From: Nitrospira japonica
GTDB lineage: Bacteria > Nitrospirota > Thermodesulfovibrionia > Thermodesulfovibrionales > DYHX01
Length of the DNA: 54,577 nucleotides
Assembly: GCA_020723925.1 (NCBI GenBank)
Contig: DYHX01000002.1
Coordinates: 1-54,577 of the forward strand
Reading direction: 5' to 3'
Shown here piece by piece: positions 44,591-54,577 of the stretch. A model generated the notes under the pieces. The model saw only the letters and a program-made list of their open reading frames with translations. It was not told the origin of the DNA and did no database searches. Within the stretch, counting starts at the first letter, position 1; each line of letters begins with the position of its first letter. The position numbers and the translations under genes are program-made.

Positions 44591-46793
44591 GTGCTCTCCT
44601 TATAGAGTTTCTGTAGATATCTTCCATCTCCTTTAAGCCTATATAGATTGAATCGTTTATTCTGAGCTTGCTGCCACCAACTCTGCCAATCAGATAGTAG
44701 GGGATATTATGTTTTTCTGCTATTTTTTTGATGTCAGGAACTCTATTTTCTGGTGTAGAAATGATTACTCTTGATGCACTTTCACCAAAAAGCAGCGCAT
44801 CTTTTCTTAAATCTGAAATCTTGAATCTGAAATCTATTTCTGCTCCTAACCCTTCAGAGATGCAGGATTCAGCTATTGCAACAGCAAGGCCTCCTTCTGA
44901 ACAATCGTGTGCAGACCTTATTGCGCCTTCTCTATCTGCATTGAGGATGACCTCATGGAGCTTTTTTTCAGCAGCAAGGTCAATGGATGGCGGCATCCCA
45001 TTTTCTATTCCATAGATTAAAGATAGATACTCAGAGCCGCCGAGTTCTTCCTTTGTCTTACCAAGAAGGATTATGATATCCCCAGGATTCTTGAATCCTT
45101 GCGTGATAACGCATTTCGTATCATCGATAAGCCCGACCATTGCTACAGTGGGTGTTGGATATATAGCTGATCCCTTTGTCTCATTGTAGAAACTCACATT
45201 TCCGCTAACTACAGGTGTATTTAATGCCCTGCACGCATCACCAAGCCCTTTTACAGCATTGACAAACTGCCACATAACCTCTGGCTTTTCAGGGTTTCCG
45301 AAATTCAGGCAGTCTGTTATCGCCAGCGGCCTTGCGCCTGAGCAAACAACATTCCTTGCTGCCTCTGCAACTGCATGCATGCCGCCGGTATAGGGGTCTA
45401 AATAGCAGTACCGGCTATTACAATCGACTGACATGGCAATGGCCTTATTTGTATCCTTTATCCTTATCACTGCTGCATCTGAGCCAGGAAACACGATGGT
45501 ATTTGTTCTTACCATATGGTCATACTCTTCCCAGACAGGTGCCTTTGATGCGATATCAGGTGACGCAAGGAGTTTTAGAAGAACCTCATTATAATCAGAA
45601 GGTTCTTTTATGTTATTTAAATCAAGCCTGTTTAATTCATCCTGCCAGTCTGGTTTCTTCTGGGGCCTATCGTATTTCGGGGCCTCATCAGATATCCTCC
45701 TGGCAGGAATCTCTGCAACAGTCTTTCCATGCCAGTTCACCCTGAGGAAACCGTCACCTGTAACCTTTCCAATCACGACTGCATCGAGGTCCCATTTCCT
45801 GAATATCTCAAGGAGTTCTTCTTCCTTGCCTTTCTCTGCAACGATGAGCATCCTCTCCTGGCTTTCAGAAAGCATTATCTCGTATGGAATCATTCCCTCT
45901 TCCCTCAAAGGCACACTGCCGAGTTCAAGCTCAACACCCGTACCGGCCCTACCAGCCATCTCAGAGGATGATGATGTGAGTCCTGCACCACCCATGTCCT
46001 GGATGCCAACAATAACCCCCCTGCCCATTGCTTCAAGGCATGCCTCAAGCAGGAGCTTTTCTGTGAATGGGTCACCAACCTGCACATTCGGTTTTTTCTG
46101 GTGGGCATCATCCGTGAATTCCTCTGATGCCATTGTCACGCCGTGGATACCATCACGACCTGTCTTTGAGCCAACATAGATGACAGGGTTTCCAGGGCCT
46201 GATGCAAAGCCCTTGAAGATTTTATCCTTTTTTGCGATACCAAGGGTAAAGACATTCACAAGGATATTACCACTATAGCATGGATGGCAGTATATCTCGC
46301 CACCTACAGTAGGTACTCCTATGCAGTTTCCATATCCGGCAATGCCTGAGACAACGCCGCTGAAAAGATGCCTGTGATAAGGCTCAGAGAGCGGGCCGAA
46401 CCTCAGCGAGTTGAGGCTTGCTATTGGCCTTGCGCCCATTGTGAAAATATCCCTTAAGATTCCGCCAACGCCTGTTGCAGCCCCCTGATATGGCTCTATG
46501 AATGATGGATGGTTGTGAGACTCCATCTTGAAGACAGCAGCAAGGCTGTCTCCAATATCAATGACACCAGCGTTTTCACCAGGCCCCTGTATGACCCATG
46601 GCGCTGACGCAGGGAAGTGTCTGAAGTGTATCTTTGAACTCTTGTAGGAGCAGTGCTCTGACCACATAACAGAGAAGATGCCGAGTTCAGTAAAAGAAGG
46701 CTCCCTTCCAAGGATTGCCCTTACATCTGCATATTCATCCTCGGTTAGACCATGCTCCTTTATGAGTTCCTCTGTTATCTCTGGTTCTTTCAA
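44571..46793 (-). CDS. purL: Phosphoribosylformylglycinamidine synthase subunit PurL
   Basis: 740 aa: [28 protein letters not shown] start. Confidence 0.95.
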   Translation of the reverse strand: MKEPEITEELIKEHGLTEDEYADVRAILGREPSFTELGIFSVMWSEHCSYKSSKIHFRHFPASAPWVIQGPGENAGVIDIGDSLAAVFKMESHNHPSFIEPYQGAATGVGGILRDIFTMGARPIASLNSLRFGPLSEPYHRHLFSGVVSGIAGYGNCIGVPTVGGEIYCHPCYSGNILVNVFTLGIAKKDKIFKGFASGPGNPVIYVGSKTGRDGIHGVTMASEEFTDDAHQKKPNVQVGDPFTEKLLLEACLEAMGRGVIVGIQDMGGAGLTSSSSEMAGRAGTGVELELGSVPLREEGMIPYEIMLSESQERMLIVAEKGKEEELLEIFRKWDLDAVVIGKVTGDGFLRVNWHGKTVAEIPARRISDEAPKYDRPQKKPDWQDELNRLDLNNIKEPSDYNEVLLKLLASPDIASKAPVWEEYDHMVRTNTIVFPGSDAAVIRIKDTNKAIAMSVDCNSRYCYLDPYTGGMHAVAEAARNVVCSGARPLAITDCLNFGNPEKPEVMWQFVNAVKGLGDACRALNTPVVSGNVSFYNETKGSAIYPTPTVAMVGLIDDTKCVITQGFKNPGDIIILLGKTKEELGGSEYLSLIYGIENGMPPSIDLAAEKKLHEVILNADREGAIRSAHDCSEGGLAVAIAESCISEGLGAEIDFRFKISDLRKDALLFGESASRVIISTPENRVPDIKKIAEKHNIPYYLIGRVGGSKLRINDSIYIGLKEMEDIYRNSIRRALESKES

Positions 46794-46897
46794 TCTTAGA
46801 CTCTAAGGTTCATAGACTCTGAACTGCTTTAATTTTAACATATATCGGCTTTTTTTTCGGTGGGATTTTTCTTTGGGCAGGGCTGAAATTGAGAAGA

Positions 46898-47623
46898 CTA
46901 TCTGCCTCTTGAAAGTCTCTCTATCAACTGCAGGGGCAGACCTTCTTTCATCATCTTTTTCTGCGTAGTCTCAATGTCATAAGGGACCCTGACTATCTCA
47001 ACTTTCTCATCATCAATTATTGCATAACATGCCATCGGGTCTCTATCTCTTGGCTGGCCTACACTGCCGACATTTATTATGTATCTTTCGCTTTTTCCAA
47101 GTTTCGCCTCACTCTTGTGTGTAACCATCTCTCCTGATGGAACCCTCTCTATTATAAATGGCTGGTGGCTATGTCCAAGCAGGCATATCCTCTGGTTGAA
47201 ATAATGGAAGTTCATCTCGGCATCCCATAGAGTCAGAAGATAATGCCATTTCTCAGGCTCCTTTGGTGTTGAATGTACAAGGAGCATATTCTTCGTCTTC
47301 ATGTTTTTGATAATCGGAAATGTATTCAGGGCCTTCCGGTTTTTTTCGGTCAGGATCCCTTTTGTGAATTCTATTGCTGCCCTTGCATATTCATTAAAAT
47401 ATTCAATATCTGTTAATCCGAGCACTCCCCAGTCGTGGTTGCCCGCAAGGAGGACTTTGCATTTATCTTTCAATAACTCAATACACTCATTTGGATTCGG
47501 GCCATATCCAACTGCATCGCCGAGAAAAAGTATTTCATTGATCTTTCTCTTCCTTATGTCCTTCAGCACAGCATCGAGGGCCTCGAGGTTTGAGTGGACA
47601 TCTGAAAGAACGGCGTAATGCAT
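46898..47623 (-). CDS. Metallophosphoesterase family protein
   Basis: Motifs are SDVHSN, GDAVGYG, GNHD and GHSH. Confidence 0.8.
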   Translation of the reverse strand: MHYAVLSDVHSNLEALDAVLKDIRKRKINEILFLGDAVGYGPNPNECIELLKDKCKVLLAGNHDWGVLGLTDIEYFNEYARAAIEFTKGILTEKNRKALNTFPIIKNMKTKNMLLVHSTPKEPEKWHYLLTLWDAEMNFHYFNQRICLLGHSHQPFIIERVPSGEMVTHKSEAKLGKSERYIINVGSVGQPRDRDPMACYAIIDDEKVEIVRVPYDIETTQKKMMKEGLPLQLIERLSRGR

Positions 47624-48042
47624 TATTTTGCCTCCTTGTCTTTTATCCCTTGCGCAATCTTATCGAGTATTCCGTTTATGAAAGAGGCTGACTCAGTTGT
47701 CGAGTATTTTTTTGCGATCTCTATAGCCTCGTTTATTGTCACCGCTGAAGGAATGTCTCTGCAGTAGAGGAGTTCATAAGCAGCGAACCTGAGAATGTTT
47801 CTGTCAACAGTTGCCATCCTCTGGAGCACCCAGTGTTCTGCAGCCTTTTCTATTGCAGTGTCTATATCAGCAAGGTTGTCAAGTGTCCCCCTGATTGTAT
47901 TCTCTGCGAACTCTTTGATCTCGGGCTCCTCATCCTTGTCTGCCCAGAACTGCTTGAAATTGTCTTGTCCGGGGATTTTGCCTGTGAAGTCGAACTGAAA
48001 GAGAAACTGAAGCGCATATTCCCTTGCCCTGCGACGCTTCAT
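47623..48042 (-). CDS. nusB: Transcription antitermination factor NusB
   Basis: RRRAREYALQFLFQ...VDRNILRFAAYEL...EAIEIAKKY. Confidence 0.9.
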   Translation of the reverse strand: MKRRRAREYALQFLFQFDFTGKIPGQDNFKQFWADKDEEPEIKEFAENTIRGTLDNLADIDTAIEKAAEHWVLQRMATVDRNILRFAAYELLYCRDIPSAVTINEAIEIAKKYSTTESASFINGILDKIAQGIKDKEAK

Positions 48043-48058
48043 GACAGCAGAGCACAGA

Positions 48059-48520
48059 TCACAGTTTTTTAAGGAGTTGTGCCATCTCGATGGCTGTCAT
48101 GGCCGCATCCCATCCCTTATTGCCACCCTTGCTGCCTGCCCGCTCAACCGCCTGCTCAATGGTATCTGATGTGATGACTCCAAAGGCGATTGGAACACCT
48201 GTCTCCATTGAGGCAGATGCTATGCCCTTCGACACCTCTGCCGCGACATACTCAAAATGTGGCGTTGCACCCCTGATGACTGTGCCGAGACATATGATTG
48301 CATTATAGGAGTCCTTTGATGCCATCTTTTTTGCAACCATCGGAATCTCGAAAGAGCCAGGGACCCTTACAACATCGATGTCATCTTCTTTAGCCCCATG
48401 TCTTAAGAGTGCGTCCATTGCACCATCAAGCAGTTTGCTTGTAATAAAATCATTGAATCTGCTGGCGATAATACCGAACTTTAACCCCTTTGCCTGAAGC
48501 TCTCCCTCAACAATTTTCAT
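48059..48520 (-). CDS. ribH: 6,7-dimethyl-8-ribityllumazine synthase
   Basis: FGIIASRFN...VPGSFEIP...[17 protein letters not shown]. Confidence 0.95.
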   Translation of the reverse strand: MKIVEGELQAKGLKFGIIASRFNDFITSKLLDGAMDALLRHGAKEDDIDVVRVPGSFEIPMVAKKMASKDSYNAIICLGTVIRGATPHFEYVAAEVSKGIASASMETGVPIAFGVITSDTIEQAVERAGSKGGNKGWDAAMTAIEMAQLLKKL

Positions 48521-48537
48521 GGAAACCTCCCATTTAT

Positions 48538-48595
48538 CAGTGTCTGTGCCAGTTTTCAGTGTCTGTCACTGTCACGGACACTGTCACAATCACTG
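48538..48595. repeat. Low-complexity word repeat (cagtgtc / gacactgtcac family) in the ribBA-ribH spacer
   Basis: cagtgtctgtgccagttttcagtgtctgtcactgtcacggacactgtcacaatcactg. Related words recur at 53430-53485. Confidence 0.7.
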
Positions 48596-49810
48596 TTATA
48601 CATTATCAAGAATATGCCCAAGCTTTTTCTTCTTGGTCTTCAGATAGATTATATTTTTTTCTTGCGGCCTTATCTCCATGGGGACTCTTTCAACCACCTT
48701 CAGACCATATCCCTCAAGTCCGACTATCTTTTTCGGGTTGTTAGTCATCAGACGCATCTTTCTAACACCAATGTCAACGAGTATCTGGGCGCCTATTCCA
48801 TAGTCTCTCAGATCAGCCTTAAAACCGAGTTCAAGGTTCGCCTCGACAGTATCAAGCCCTTTGTCCTGCAGCTCGTATGCTTTCAGCTTATTCGCGAGGC
48901 CGATACCTCTTCCCTCCTGCCGCATATACAGAATTACACCCTTGCCCTCTTTCTTAATAAGCTCCATTGCCTTATGTATCTGCTCCCCGCAGTCGCATCT
49001 CTTCGAGCCAAATACGTCTCCTGTGAGGCATTCTGAATGAACCCTTACAAGGACAGCATCTTCAGGCTTAATCTCACCCTTTACGAGGGCTATGTGGATG
49101 TTATTATCAACATCATTGGCATATGCAATAGTATTAAACTCACCGCCGTATTCTGTTGGAAGTTTCACGCTTGCTATGCGCCTTACAAACAGCTCTGTCC
49201 TCATCCTGTATTTGATCAGGTCCTTTATTGTGACTATCTTGAGGTTGTGTTTTTTTGCGAACTCCGTAAGTTCAGGAACCCTCGACATTGTCCCGTCATC
49301 ATTCATTATCTCGCAGATGACACCCGCTGGATAAAGGCCGGCAAGCCTTGATAGGTCAACAGAGCCCTCTGTCTGGCCTGCCCTACGAAGCACTCCCCCA
49401 GGCTTTGCACGCAGAGGAAATACATGGCCTGGCCTTGCAATATCTTCTGGTTTTGTTTTAGGGTCTATTGCTGTAAGAATTGTTGTTGCCCTGTCAGAGG
49501 CAGATATGCCTGTTGTCACGCCTTTTTTTGCCTCAATCGAGACAGTGAAGGCTGTGCCGAACTGTGAAGTGTTGTCGTCAGTCATCATTGGCAACTTAAG
49601 TTCTTCAACTCTTGCTGGTGCAAGAGACAGACATATAAGCCCACGCCCGTATTTAGCCATAAAGTTTATTGCCTCAGGCGTAACCTTTTCTGCCGCCATG
49701 CAGAGGTCACCCTCATTCTCCCTGTCCTCATCATCAACAAGGATGACCATCCTGCCTTTTGCTATATCCTCTATAGCCTCATCAATTGTGTTGAATTTAT
49801 ACTTTTGCAG
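48596..49810 (-). CDS. ribBA: Bifunctional DHBP synthase / GTP cyclohydrolase II; the apparent start is CTG
   Basis: [12 protein letters not shown] and GTP cyclohydrolase II motifs ([21 protein letters not shown]). The conserved N-terminal [15 protein letters not shown] lies upstream of the first ATG (49750), in a frame that opens only after the ribE stop. CTG 49810-49808 lies 5 nt after GGAGAG. Confidence 0.85.
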   Translation of the reverse strand: MQKYKFNTIDEAIEDIAKGRMVILVDDEDRENEGDLCMAAEKVTPEAINFMAKYGRGLICLSLAPARVEELKLPMMTDDNTSQFGTAFTVSIEAKKGVTTGISASDRATTILTAIDPKTKPEDIARPGHVFPLRAKPGGVLRRAGQTEGSVDLSRLAGLYPAGVICEIMNDDGTMSRVPELTEFAKKHNLKIVTIKDLIKYRMRTELFVRRIASVKLPTEYGGEFNTIAYANDVDNNIHIALVKGEIKPEDAVLVRVHSECLTGDVFGSKRCDCGEQIHKAMELIKKEGKGVILYMRQEGRGIGLANKLKAYELQDKGLDTVEANLELGFKADLRDYGIGAQILVDIGVRKMRLMTNNPKKIVGLEGYGLKVVERVPMEIRPQEKNIIYLKTKKKKLGHILDNV

Positions 49811-49834
49811 ATTCTCTCTCCAGAAATGAATTTC

Positions 49835-50488
49835 TCACTTCTTACTTCTGATATATCCCCCATTCATCAGGGCATTCATCAGACCTGACTCGCTATTCTT
49901 CTCTCTATTTAAAAATCTTGCAACATACTTGCCAATTATATCTGCCTCAAGGTTGACTGTATCTCCTGGTCCCTTAAATCCGATTGTTGTGACCCTTGCA
50001 GTATGGGGTATTATGACAATTGTAAAGCCATCAAGCAAGACACCCACTACAGTGAGACTTATGCCATCAACAGCAACAGAGCCTTTTTCAACGAGGAGAT
50101 CAGTTACAGCCTTCGGTGCCTCTATCTCAAATTTGATAGTTTCGCCTGTGTTTGTCTTTGACCTTATCCTCCCGACACCATCAACATGGCCAGTAACAAA
50201 ATGTCCTCCCAGCCTTGAGTCTGGCCTCAATGATGGTTCGAGGTTCACGCGGTCACCTGTCTTGAGAGTGCCAAGATTTGTGCTTCGAAGAGTCTCGTCA
50301 GAAAGGTCGAAAGAGAGCACCTTATCATTTTTGTCCACTACTGTAAGGCATACTCCATTCACAGATATGCTGTCGCCAGGACCTGCATCTCTGGATACTG
50401 TATATGCTTTGAGGGAAAGGTGAACAATGCCTCCTTTCCGCTGCATTGCGGTTATTTCGCCCATCTCCGAGATAATGCCGGTGAACAT
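49835..50488 (-). CDS. ribE: Riboflavin synthase
   Basis: MFTGIISEMGEI, two lumazine-binding repeats, and GHFVTGHVDG. Confidence 0.95.
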   Translation of the reverse strand: MFTGIISEMGEITAMQRKGGIVHLSLKAYTVSRDAGPGDSISVNGVCLTVVDKNDKVLSFDLSDETLRSTNLGTLKTGDRVNLEPSLRPDSRLGGHFVTGHVDGVGRIRSKTNTGETIKFEIEAPKAVTDLLVEKGSVAVDGISLTVVGVLLDGFTIVIIPHTARVTTIGFKGPGDTVNLEADIIGKYVARFLNREKNSESGLMNALMNGGYIRSKK

Positions 50489-50835
50489 TATTCTATCACA
50501 TCAATATTGAATTCAAGGGTTCTCTTGTATACTCCAAGGATATCGACATCCTCAGACCATCTGGTCTTTACTTTCACCCTCTTCTCTATAATCGTCACGT
50601 TTATCCCTTTTTCTTCTACTGGCACCTTGAGTTCTTTTGCCCTCTCAAATATTTGAGCCTTTATCCGCTCAGCATCGCTGAGTTCCAGTCTTGCTATTGC
50701 CTTTACCTCAGACTTAAAGGCTGAATATCTATAGTATGGCATCCCAACCCTTATGCCAGGATAGAAGACGAGAGCAAGGATTGCAACTGTGAGAAAAAGT
50801 CGTATGAAGCCACCGCTGTTGTTTAGCTGCTTCAA
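50488..50835 (-). CDS. Membrane-anchored hypothetical protein
   Basis: 115 aa with one N-terminal TM helix. Its junctions with lepB and ribE overlap or abut. Confidence 0.5.
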   Translation of the reverse strand: MKQLNNSGGFIRLFLTVAILALVFYPGIRVGMPYYRYSAFKSEVKAIARLELSDAERIKAQIFERAKELKVPVEEKGINVTIIEKRVKVKTRWSEDVDILGVYKRTLEFNIDVIE

Positions 50836-51446
50836 TGGACTAACCTCCCTATTCTGTTAAACCTTATCCAGTTTTTCTTGCTGTCCCATGACCAGTAGAG
50901 AATAAGGGCCTTACCCCTTATCTCCATCATATCAACATGTCCCCAGTAGCGGCTGTCATAGCTCTGGTCCCTGTTGTCTCCCATCACGAAATATTTATTC
51001 TTCTGCACTATGTATGGCCCGAAATTGTCTCTCGGTTCAATACCACCAGGCCGTACGGAGTTATCAGTATGCAGCGCATAGGGCTCTTTCACAGGTTTGC
51101 CATTGACATAGATGGTCTTATTCTTTGATTCAATCACATCGCCTTCAACAGCAACTATCCTTTTTATGAAGTCCCTGCCTGGGTCCTCAGGATATTTGAA
51201 GACTATTATATCCCCTCTCTCGGGTTTCTTGAAGACCAGAATCCTTTTGTCCGAGAAAGGTATCTTCGTGCCGTATATAAATTTATTGACAAGGATATGG
51301 TCTCCTATCTGGAGGGTGGGGATCATAGAGCCAGAAGGTATCTTGAATGCCTGTATTATATATGCCCTTATCAGAAGGGCAAGGAGCAGTGCGGTTATTA
51401 TCGCCTCTGCATATTCCCATATTAGTCTTTTTTTACCTTTTTTCAT
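50832..51446 (-). CDS. lepB: Signal peptidase I
   Basis: PSGSMIPTL (catalytic Ser), KRIVAVEGD (Lys box), GDNRDQSYDSRYWG. Confidence 0.95.
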   Translation of the reverse strand: MKKGKKRLIWEYAEAIITALLLALLIRAYIIQAFKIPSGSMIPTLQIGDHILVNKFIYGTKIPFSDKRILVFKKPERGDIIVFKYPEDPGRDFIKRIVAVEGDVIESKNKTIYVNGKPVKEPYALHTDNSVRPGGIEPRDNFGPYIVQKNKYFVMGDNRDQSYDSRYWGHVDMMEIRGKALILYWSWDSKKNWIRFNRIGRLVH

Positions 51447-51568
51447 TTAAAAATAACCCTCTCTTAAAGTGTTTTAAAATCCTGAATCCTAATTTCTAAA
51501 CTCCAAGCAAATTGTAAATCTAAATAGTAGTTAGTAGCAAGTAGTCAGGGGTAGAAAAGTGGGCTCTG

Positions 51569-53359
51569 TTAACTTTTCACCTTGAGCACTGCAAGGAATG
51601 CCTCTTGCGGCACCTCAACCCTTCCTACCTGTTTCATCCTTCTTTTCCCTTCCTTCTGTTTTTCGAGGAGTTTCCTTTTCCTTGTTATATCACCGCCATA
51701 GCATTTTGCGAGGACATTTTTCCTCATAGGCTTGATGCTCTCCCGCGCAATTATCTTGTTTCCGATGGTAGCCTGGATGATAACCTCATAGAGCTGTCGT
51801 GGTATAATCTCCCTGAGTTTCTCTGCTATCTGCCTCCCCTGATGATACGCCTTGTCTTTATGAACTATCAAGGAGAGCGCATCAACAGGCTCACCATTAA
51901 GTAGTATGTCGAGTTTTATAAGGTCTGATTCCCTGTATCCTGTGAATTCATAATCCATGGATGCATAACCCTTTGAAAGCGATTTTAACTTGTCATAGAA
52001 GTCCCACAGTATCTCATTGAGTGGAAGCTCATACGCTACCATGATTCTTTCCTTACCTATATATGTGAATTCCTTTTGTATGCCTCTTTTCTCCTGGCAG
52101 AGGTCGAGTATCTGTCCCACATATGTCTGCGGCACAAAAATGGTTGTCTTCACAAATGGTTCTTCTATCTTTAGAAACTTCTCAGGCAGAGATGTCGGAT
52201 TATCAACGAATATAATCTCCCCCTTAACATCTATTACCCTGTATATAACTGTTGGTGCAGTGCTTATGAGTGAAAGCCCGAACTCACGCTCAAGCCTCTC
52301 CTTTATTATCTCCATGTGGAGGAGTCCGAGGAAACCGCATCTGAATCCAAAGCCCAATGCTGATGAGGTCTCAGGCTCAAAACTGAAGGATGAGTCGTTG
52401 AGTCTCAATTTTTCGAGTGCATTCTTGAGCCCCATATACTGGTGTGTCTCTGTTGGATAAAGTCCGCAGAAGACCATTGGTTTCACTTCCTTGTAGCCAG
52501 GGCACGGCTCTTTTGCAGGGTTGTTTGCTTCAGTTATCGTGTCTCCTATCTTTGTGTCAGTGACATTTCTGATGCCTGAAATTATGTATCCAACCTCACC
52601 GGATGTGAGTTCCTGTGCAGGTTTTATCTTTGGTGTAAAGACCCCGACATGGCTCACCTCATAGTCCTTCCCCACTGCCATAAGTCTTATCTTCATGCCC
52701 GGTTTTACTGCTCCATCAAAGACCCTGACAAGAACAATGACCCCCTGATAGTTGTCAAACCATGAGTCGAATATAAGGGCTTTAAGCGGTTTATTGTCTT
52801 CACCCTTTGGAGGAGGTATCTTCTTCACTATCGCCTCAAGTATTTCCTTTGTGCCGATGCCTTCCTTCGCGCTTGCAAGGATTGCATCAGAGCAATCTAT
52901 ACCAACAGCATCCTCTATCTGGTCTTTAACCCTATCAGGTTCTGCGCTCGGAAGGTCTATCTTGTTTATAACAGGTATTATCTCGAGGTTATGCTCAGCA
53001 GCAAGGTATGCATTTGCAAGGGTCTGTGCCTCAACCCCCTGTGTTGCATCAACGACAAGCAAAGAGCCCTCGCATGATGCAAGGCTTCTTGAGACCTCAT
53101 ATGAAAAGTCAACATGGCCTGGCGTATCTATCAGATTCAGTATATAGTCATTGCCGTCATCTGCTTTATAGTTCAGTCTTACAGCATGTGCCTTTATAGT
53201 TATGCCCCTTTCCCTTTCGAGGTCCATCGAGTCAAGGACCTGTTCAGACATCTCCCTTGAACTCAGTGCACCTGTGTATTCAAGTAGTCTGTCAGCGAGG
53301 GTTGATTTGCCATGATCGATATGAGCAATGATAGAAAAGTTTCTGATGTGTTTTTGCAT
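51569..53359 (-). CDS. lepA: Translation elongation factor 4 (LepA)
   Basis: [29 protein letters not shown], and the LepA C-terminal domain. Confidence 0.95.
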   Translation of the reverse strand: MQKHIRNFSIIAHIDHGKSTLADRLLEYTGALSSREMSEQVLDSMDLERERGITIKAHAVRLNYKADDGNDYILNLIDTPGHVDFSYEVSRSLASCEGSLLVVDATQGVEAQTLANAYLAAEHNLEIIPVINKIDLPSAEPDRVKDQIEDAVGIDCSDAILASAKEGIGTKEILEAIVKKIPPPKGEDNKPLKALIFDSWFDNYQGVIVLVRVFDGAVKPGMKIRLMAVGKDYEVSHVGVFTPKIKPAQELTSGEVGYIISGIRNVTDTKIGDTITEANNPAKEPCPGYKEVKPMVFCGLYPTETHQYMGLKNALEKLRLNDSSFSFEPETSSALGFGFRCGFLGLLHMEIIKERLEREFGLSLISTAPTVIYRVIDVKGEIIFVDNPTSLPEKFLKIEEPFVKTTIFVPQTYVGQILDLCQEKRGIQKEFTYIGKERIMVAYELPLNEILWDFYDKLKSLSKGYASMDYEFTGYRESDLIKLDILLNGEPVDALSLIVHKDKAYHQGRQIAEKLREIIPRQLYEVIIQATIGNKIIARESIKPMRKNVLAKCYGGDITRKRKLLEKQKEGKRRMKQVGRVEVPQEAFLAVLKVKS

Positions 53360-53360
53360 A

Positions 53361-53485
53361 TCTAATAAAATCCTAAATTCTAAATCCTGATATTTAAATC
53401 CTAAACAGATTCAATATCCAAATGCTCAAATCAGTATCAGTAATCAGTGTCAGTCAGTGGTCACAGACACTGTCCACTGTCACCG
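53361..53485. repeat. Low-complexity word-repeat tract upstream of lepA (aaatcctaaa family followed by cagtgtc/cactgtc family)
   Basis: ctaataaaatcctaaattctaaatcctgatatttaaatcctaaacag...cagtatcagtaatcagtgtcagtcagtggtcacagacactgtccactgtcacc. Confidence 0.7.
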
Positions 53486-53521
53486 AATTTTGCTCATTTG
53501 ATATTGTTTAGTATTTCGGAT

Positions 53522-54448
53522 TTAGGACGTAGAGTTTTTAAAAACAAGTCCAGCAGCTCCGACAACCCCTGCCTCATCCCCGAGAGATGAGGGGATTATC
53601 TTTACCACATCGAATAGTTCTTTAAACGCACGCCTCGACGCCTCTCTCATAGCCTCCTGTACATAGATGTTCCACGCACCAAGAAGGCCTCCTGCGAGGA
53701 TTACAGCCTCAGGGCTCATTATATTAATAATGTTTGCTATACCTACCCCGAGATATCTCCCCGCCTCCCTCAGTATCTCTCTTGCAAGACTATCGCCCTC
53801 AAGTGCAGACTTGTAGATATCTTCTGGCGTGAGTTTATAGAAGTTGCCCTTGCAGCATTCCTTTAACATGCTTTCGGCACCCTTCTCAAGTGCTGATACA
53901 GCCCTGCTTATCATAGCTCTTGCAGATGCATAGGACTCAAGGCAGCCTGTATTCCCGCAGGGACATTTCTCACCATCAGCATTTATACTCGTATGCCCTA
54001 CCTCAGCAGAGACATTGACGAGGTTGCCCTCATAGACGATGCCTCCTCCGATGCCTGTACCGAGGGTAAGAAGGATGAAATTATCGAATTCCTTCCCCGC
54101 CCCCATCCATTTCTCTCCAAGTGCTGCGACATTTGCATCGTTCTCGATGAATATCGGTACAGAGAACCGAGCATGCATAGCCTCAACAAAGCTTACCCCT
54201 TCAACAGCAGGGAGGTTTGGTGAGGAAATCACAGCGCCGCCCTTCCTGTCTACAAGCCCTGCAACTCCGATGCCTATCCCTGCAACTTCATCTGTGTATA
54301 CGCTTTCAACCACCCTGTACAGAGACTCTAACACATCTCCTGGGGAGGGCTCCTTTATCTTTTTAATGATATTCCCTTCCCTGGATACCAGAGCTGCCCT
54401 CAGGTTTGTACCACCGAGGTCTATTCCTATAGCATAGTGCTTTGACAT
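53522..54448 (-). CDS. ROK-family glucokinase
   Basis: MSKHYAIGIDLGGTNLR, ENDANVAALGE, and the zinc motif GHTSINADGEKCPCGNTGCLE. The ATG at 54448 is preferred over the track start at 54499. Confidence 0.85.
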   Translation of the reverse strand: MSKHYAIGIDLGGTNLRAALVSREGNIIKKIKEPSPGDVLESLYRVVESVYTDEVAGIGIGVAGLVDRKGGAVISSPNLPAVEGVSFVEAMHARFSVPIFIENDANVAALGEKWMGAGKEFDNFILLTLGTGIGGGIVYEGNLVNVSAEVGHTSINADGEKCPCGNTGCLESYASARAMISRAVSALEKGAESMLKECCKGNFYKLTPEDIYKSALEGDSLAREILREAGRYLGVGIANIINIMSPEAVILAGGLLGAWNIYVQEAMREASRRAFKELFDVVKIIPSSLGDEAGVVGAAGLVFKNSTS

Positions 54449-54523
54449 AACTATTTGAGGACTTAAAAAGAAGATTATGAATCTTAACACAGAAAACAAA
54501 CTGGTGTAAAGGGTTATTGTTCA

Positions 54524-54576
54524 GGTAGCGTAAACTTTTCTGTGTAAAATCTTGAAGTATAAAAAAAGAGGGTGTA
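54524..54576. repeat. Terminal inverted repeat, right arm
   Basis: This arm is the exact reverse complement of 1-53. One extra base (t at 54577) follows it. Confidence 0.95.
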
Positions 54577-54577
54577 T

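Noticed and set aside
49835-49837. The ribE TGA, in frame with ribBA, acting as a selenocysteine or programmed read-through site that produces a RibE-RibBA fusion.
   Set aside because: A well-spaced SD plus CTG lies downstream of the stop. I could see no SECIS-like hairpin. I know of no RibE-RibBA fusions. Independent initiation is simpler.

Overview
The window looks like a whole 54.6-kb contig. Its two ends are exact 53-nt inverted copies of each other. The source is probably an uncultured diderm bacterium, likely anaerobic; the word-like tandem repeats that fill intergenic regions make me guess Nitrospirota/Thermodesulfovibrionia-like, at low confidence.

Layout:
- (1) 1-0.5 kb: a truncated LOG/TIGR00725-family CDS, tRNA-Arg(CCU) and a conserved 55-nt hairpin element.
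- (2) 0.7-17 kb, all on the + strand: a cobalt/corrinoid cluster. It runs cbiM, PDGLE/CbiN-like gene, a decayed small ORF, a cobalamin riboswitch, a BtuB-like TonB-dependent receptor (TBDR), a signal-peptide-bearing CbiZ, a SAM methyltransferase, then a tightly packed operon. That operon is a second TBDR, TonB, a DUF2162-type membrane protein, a MotA/TolQ/ExbB-family channel, a DUF2149-type protein, a 1335-aa secreted and anchored CobN-family protein, CbiQ, and CbiO with a His-rich tail.
- (3) 17-27.9 kb: a PocR-GAF-GGDEF protein, a sigma54 (NifA-like) activator, GATase-glnB-glnA, a secreted small protein, a histidine kinase/OmpR-type pair, a PAP2 phosphatase, a NYN (YacP-like) protein and a PilZ protein.
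- (4) 27.9-34.1 kb: lpxI-lpxA-fabZ-lpxD-skp-bamA.
- (5) 34.3-39 kb: DUF488, an archaeal-type ATP-dependent DNA ligase, an Mth938-like protein, nfi, cutA and an M29 aminopeptidase.
- (6) 39-54.5 kb: pilQPONM, purF-purL, a metallophosphoesterase, nusB-ribH-ribBA-ribE, lepB-lepA and a ROK glucokinase.

The best candidate for a novel system is the Hmu-like module: an extracytoplasmic CobN homolog with a proton-channel pair and no AAA+ chelatase partner. It is inserted between the two halves of a CbiMNQO cobalt ECF transporter and sits next to a B12 riboswitch and a secreted CbiZ. I infer a PMF-coupled periplasmic corrinoid/tetrapyrrole metal-mining or remodelling machine.

Secondary observations:
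- At least three conserved genes (ribBA, pilQ, NYN) have homologous N-termini upstream of any ATG/GTG/TTG, each with a well-spaced Shine-Dalgarno before a CTG/ATA/ATT codon.
- There are several dispersed repeat families, one with a compensatory stem substitution.
- A CCACGAAGG hairpin motif is confined to the corrinoid cluster.
- A paralogous HW(V/M)EHN helical module occurs once fused to CbiO and once frameshifted after cbiN.

All calls come from reading the sequence and remembered family motifs. No searches were run.
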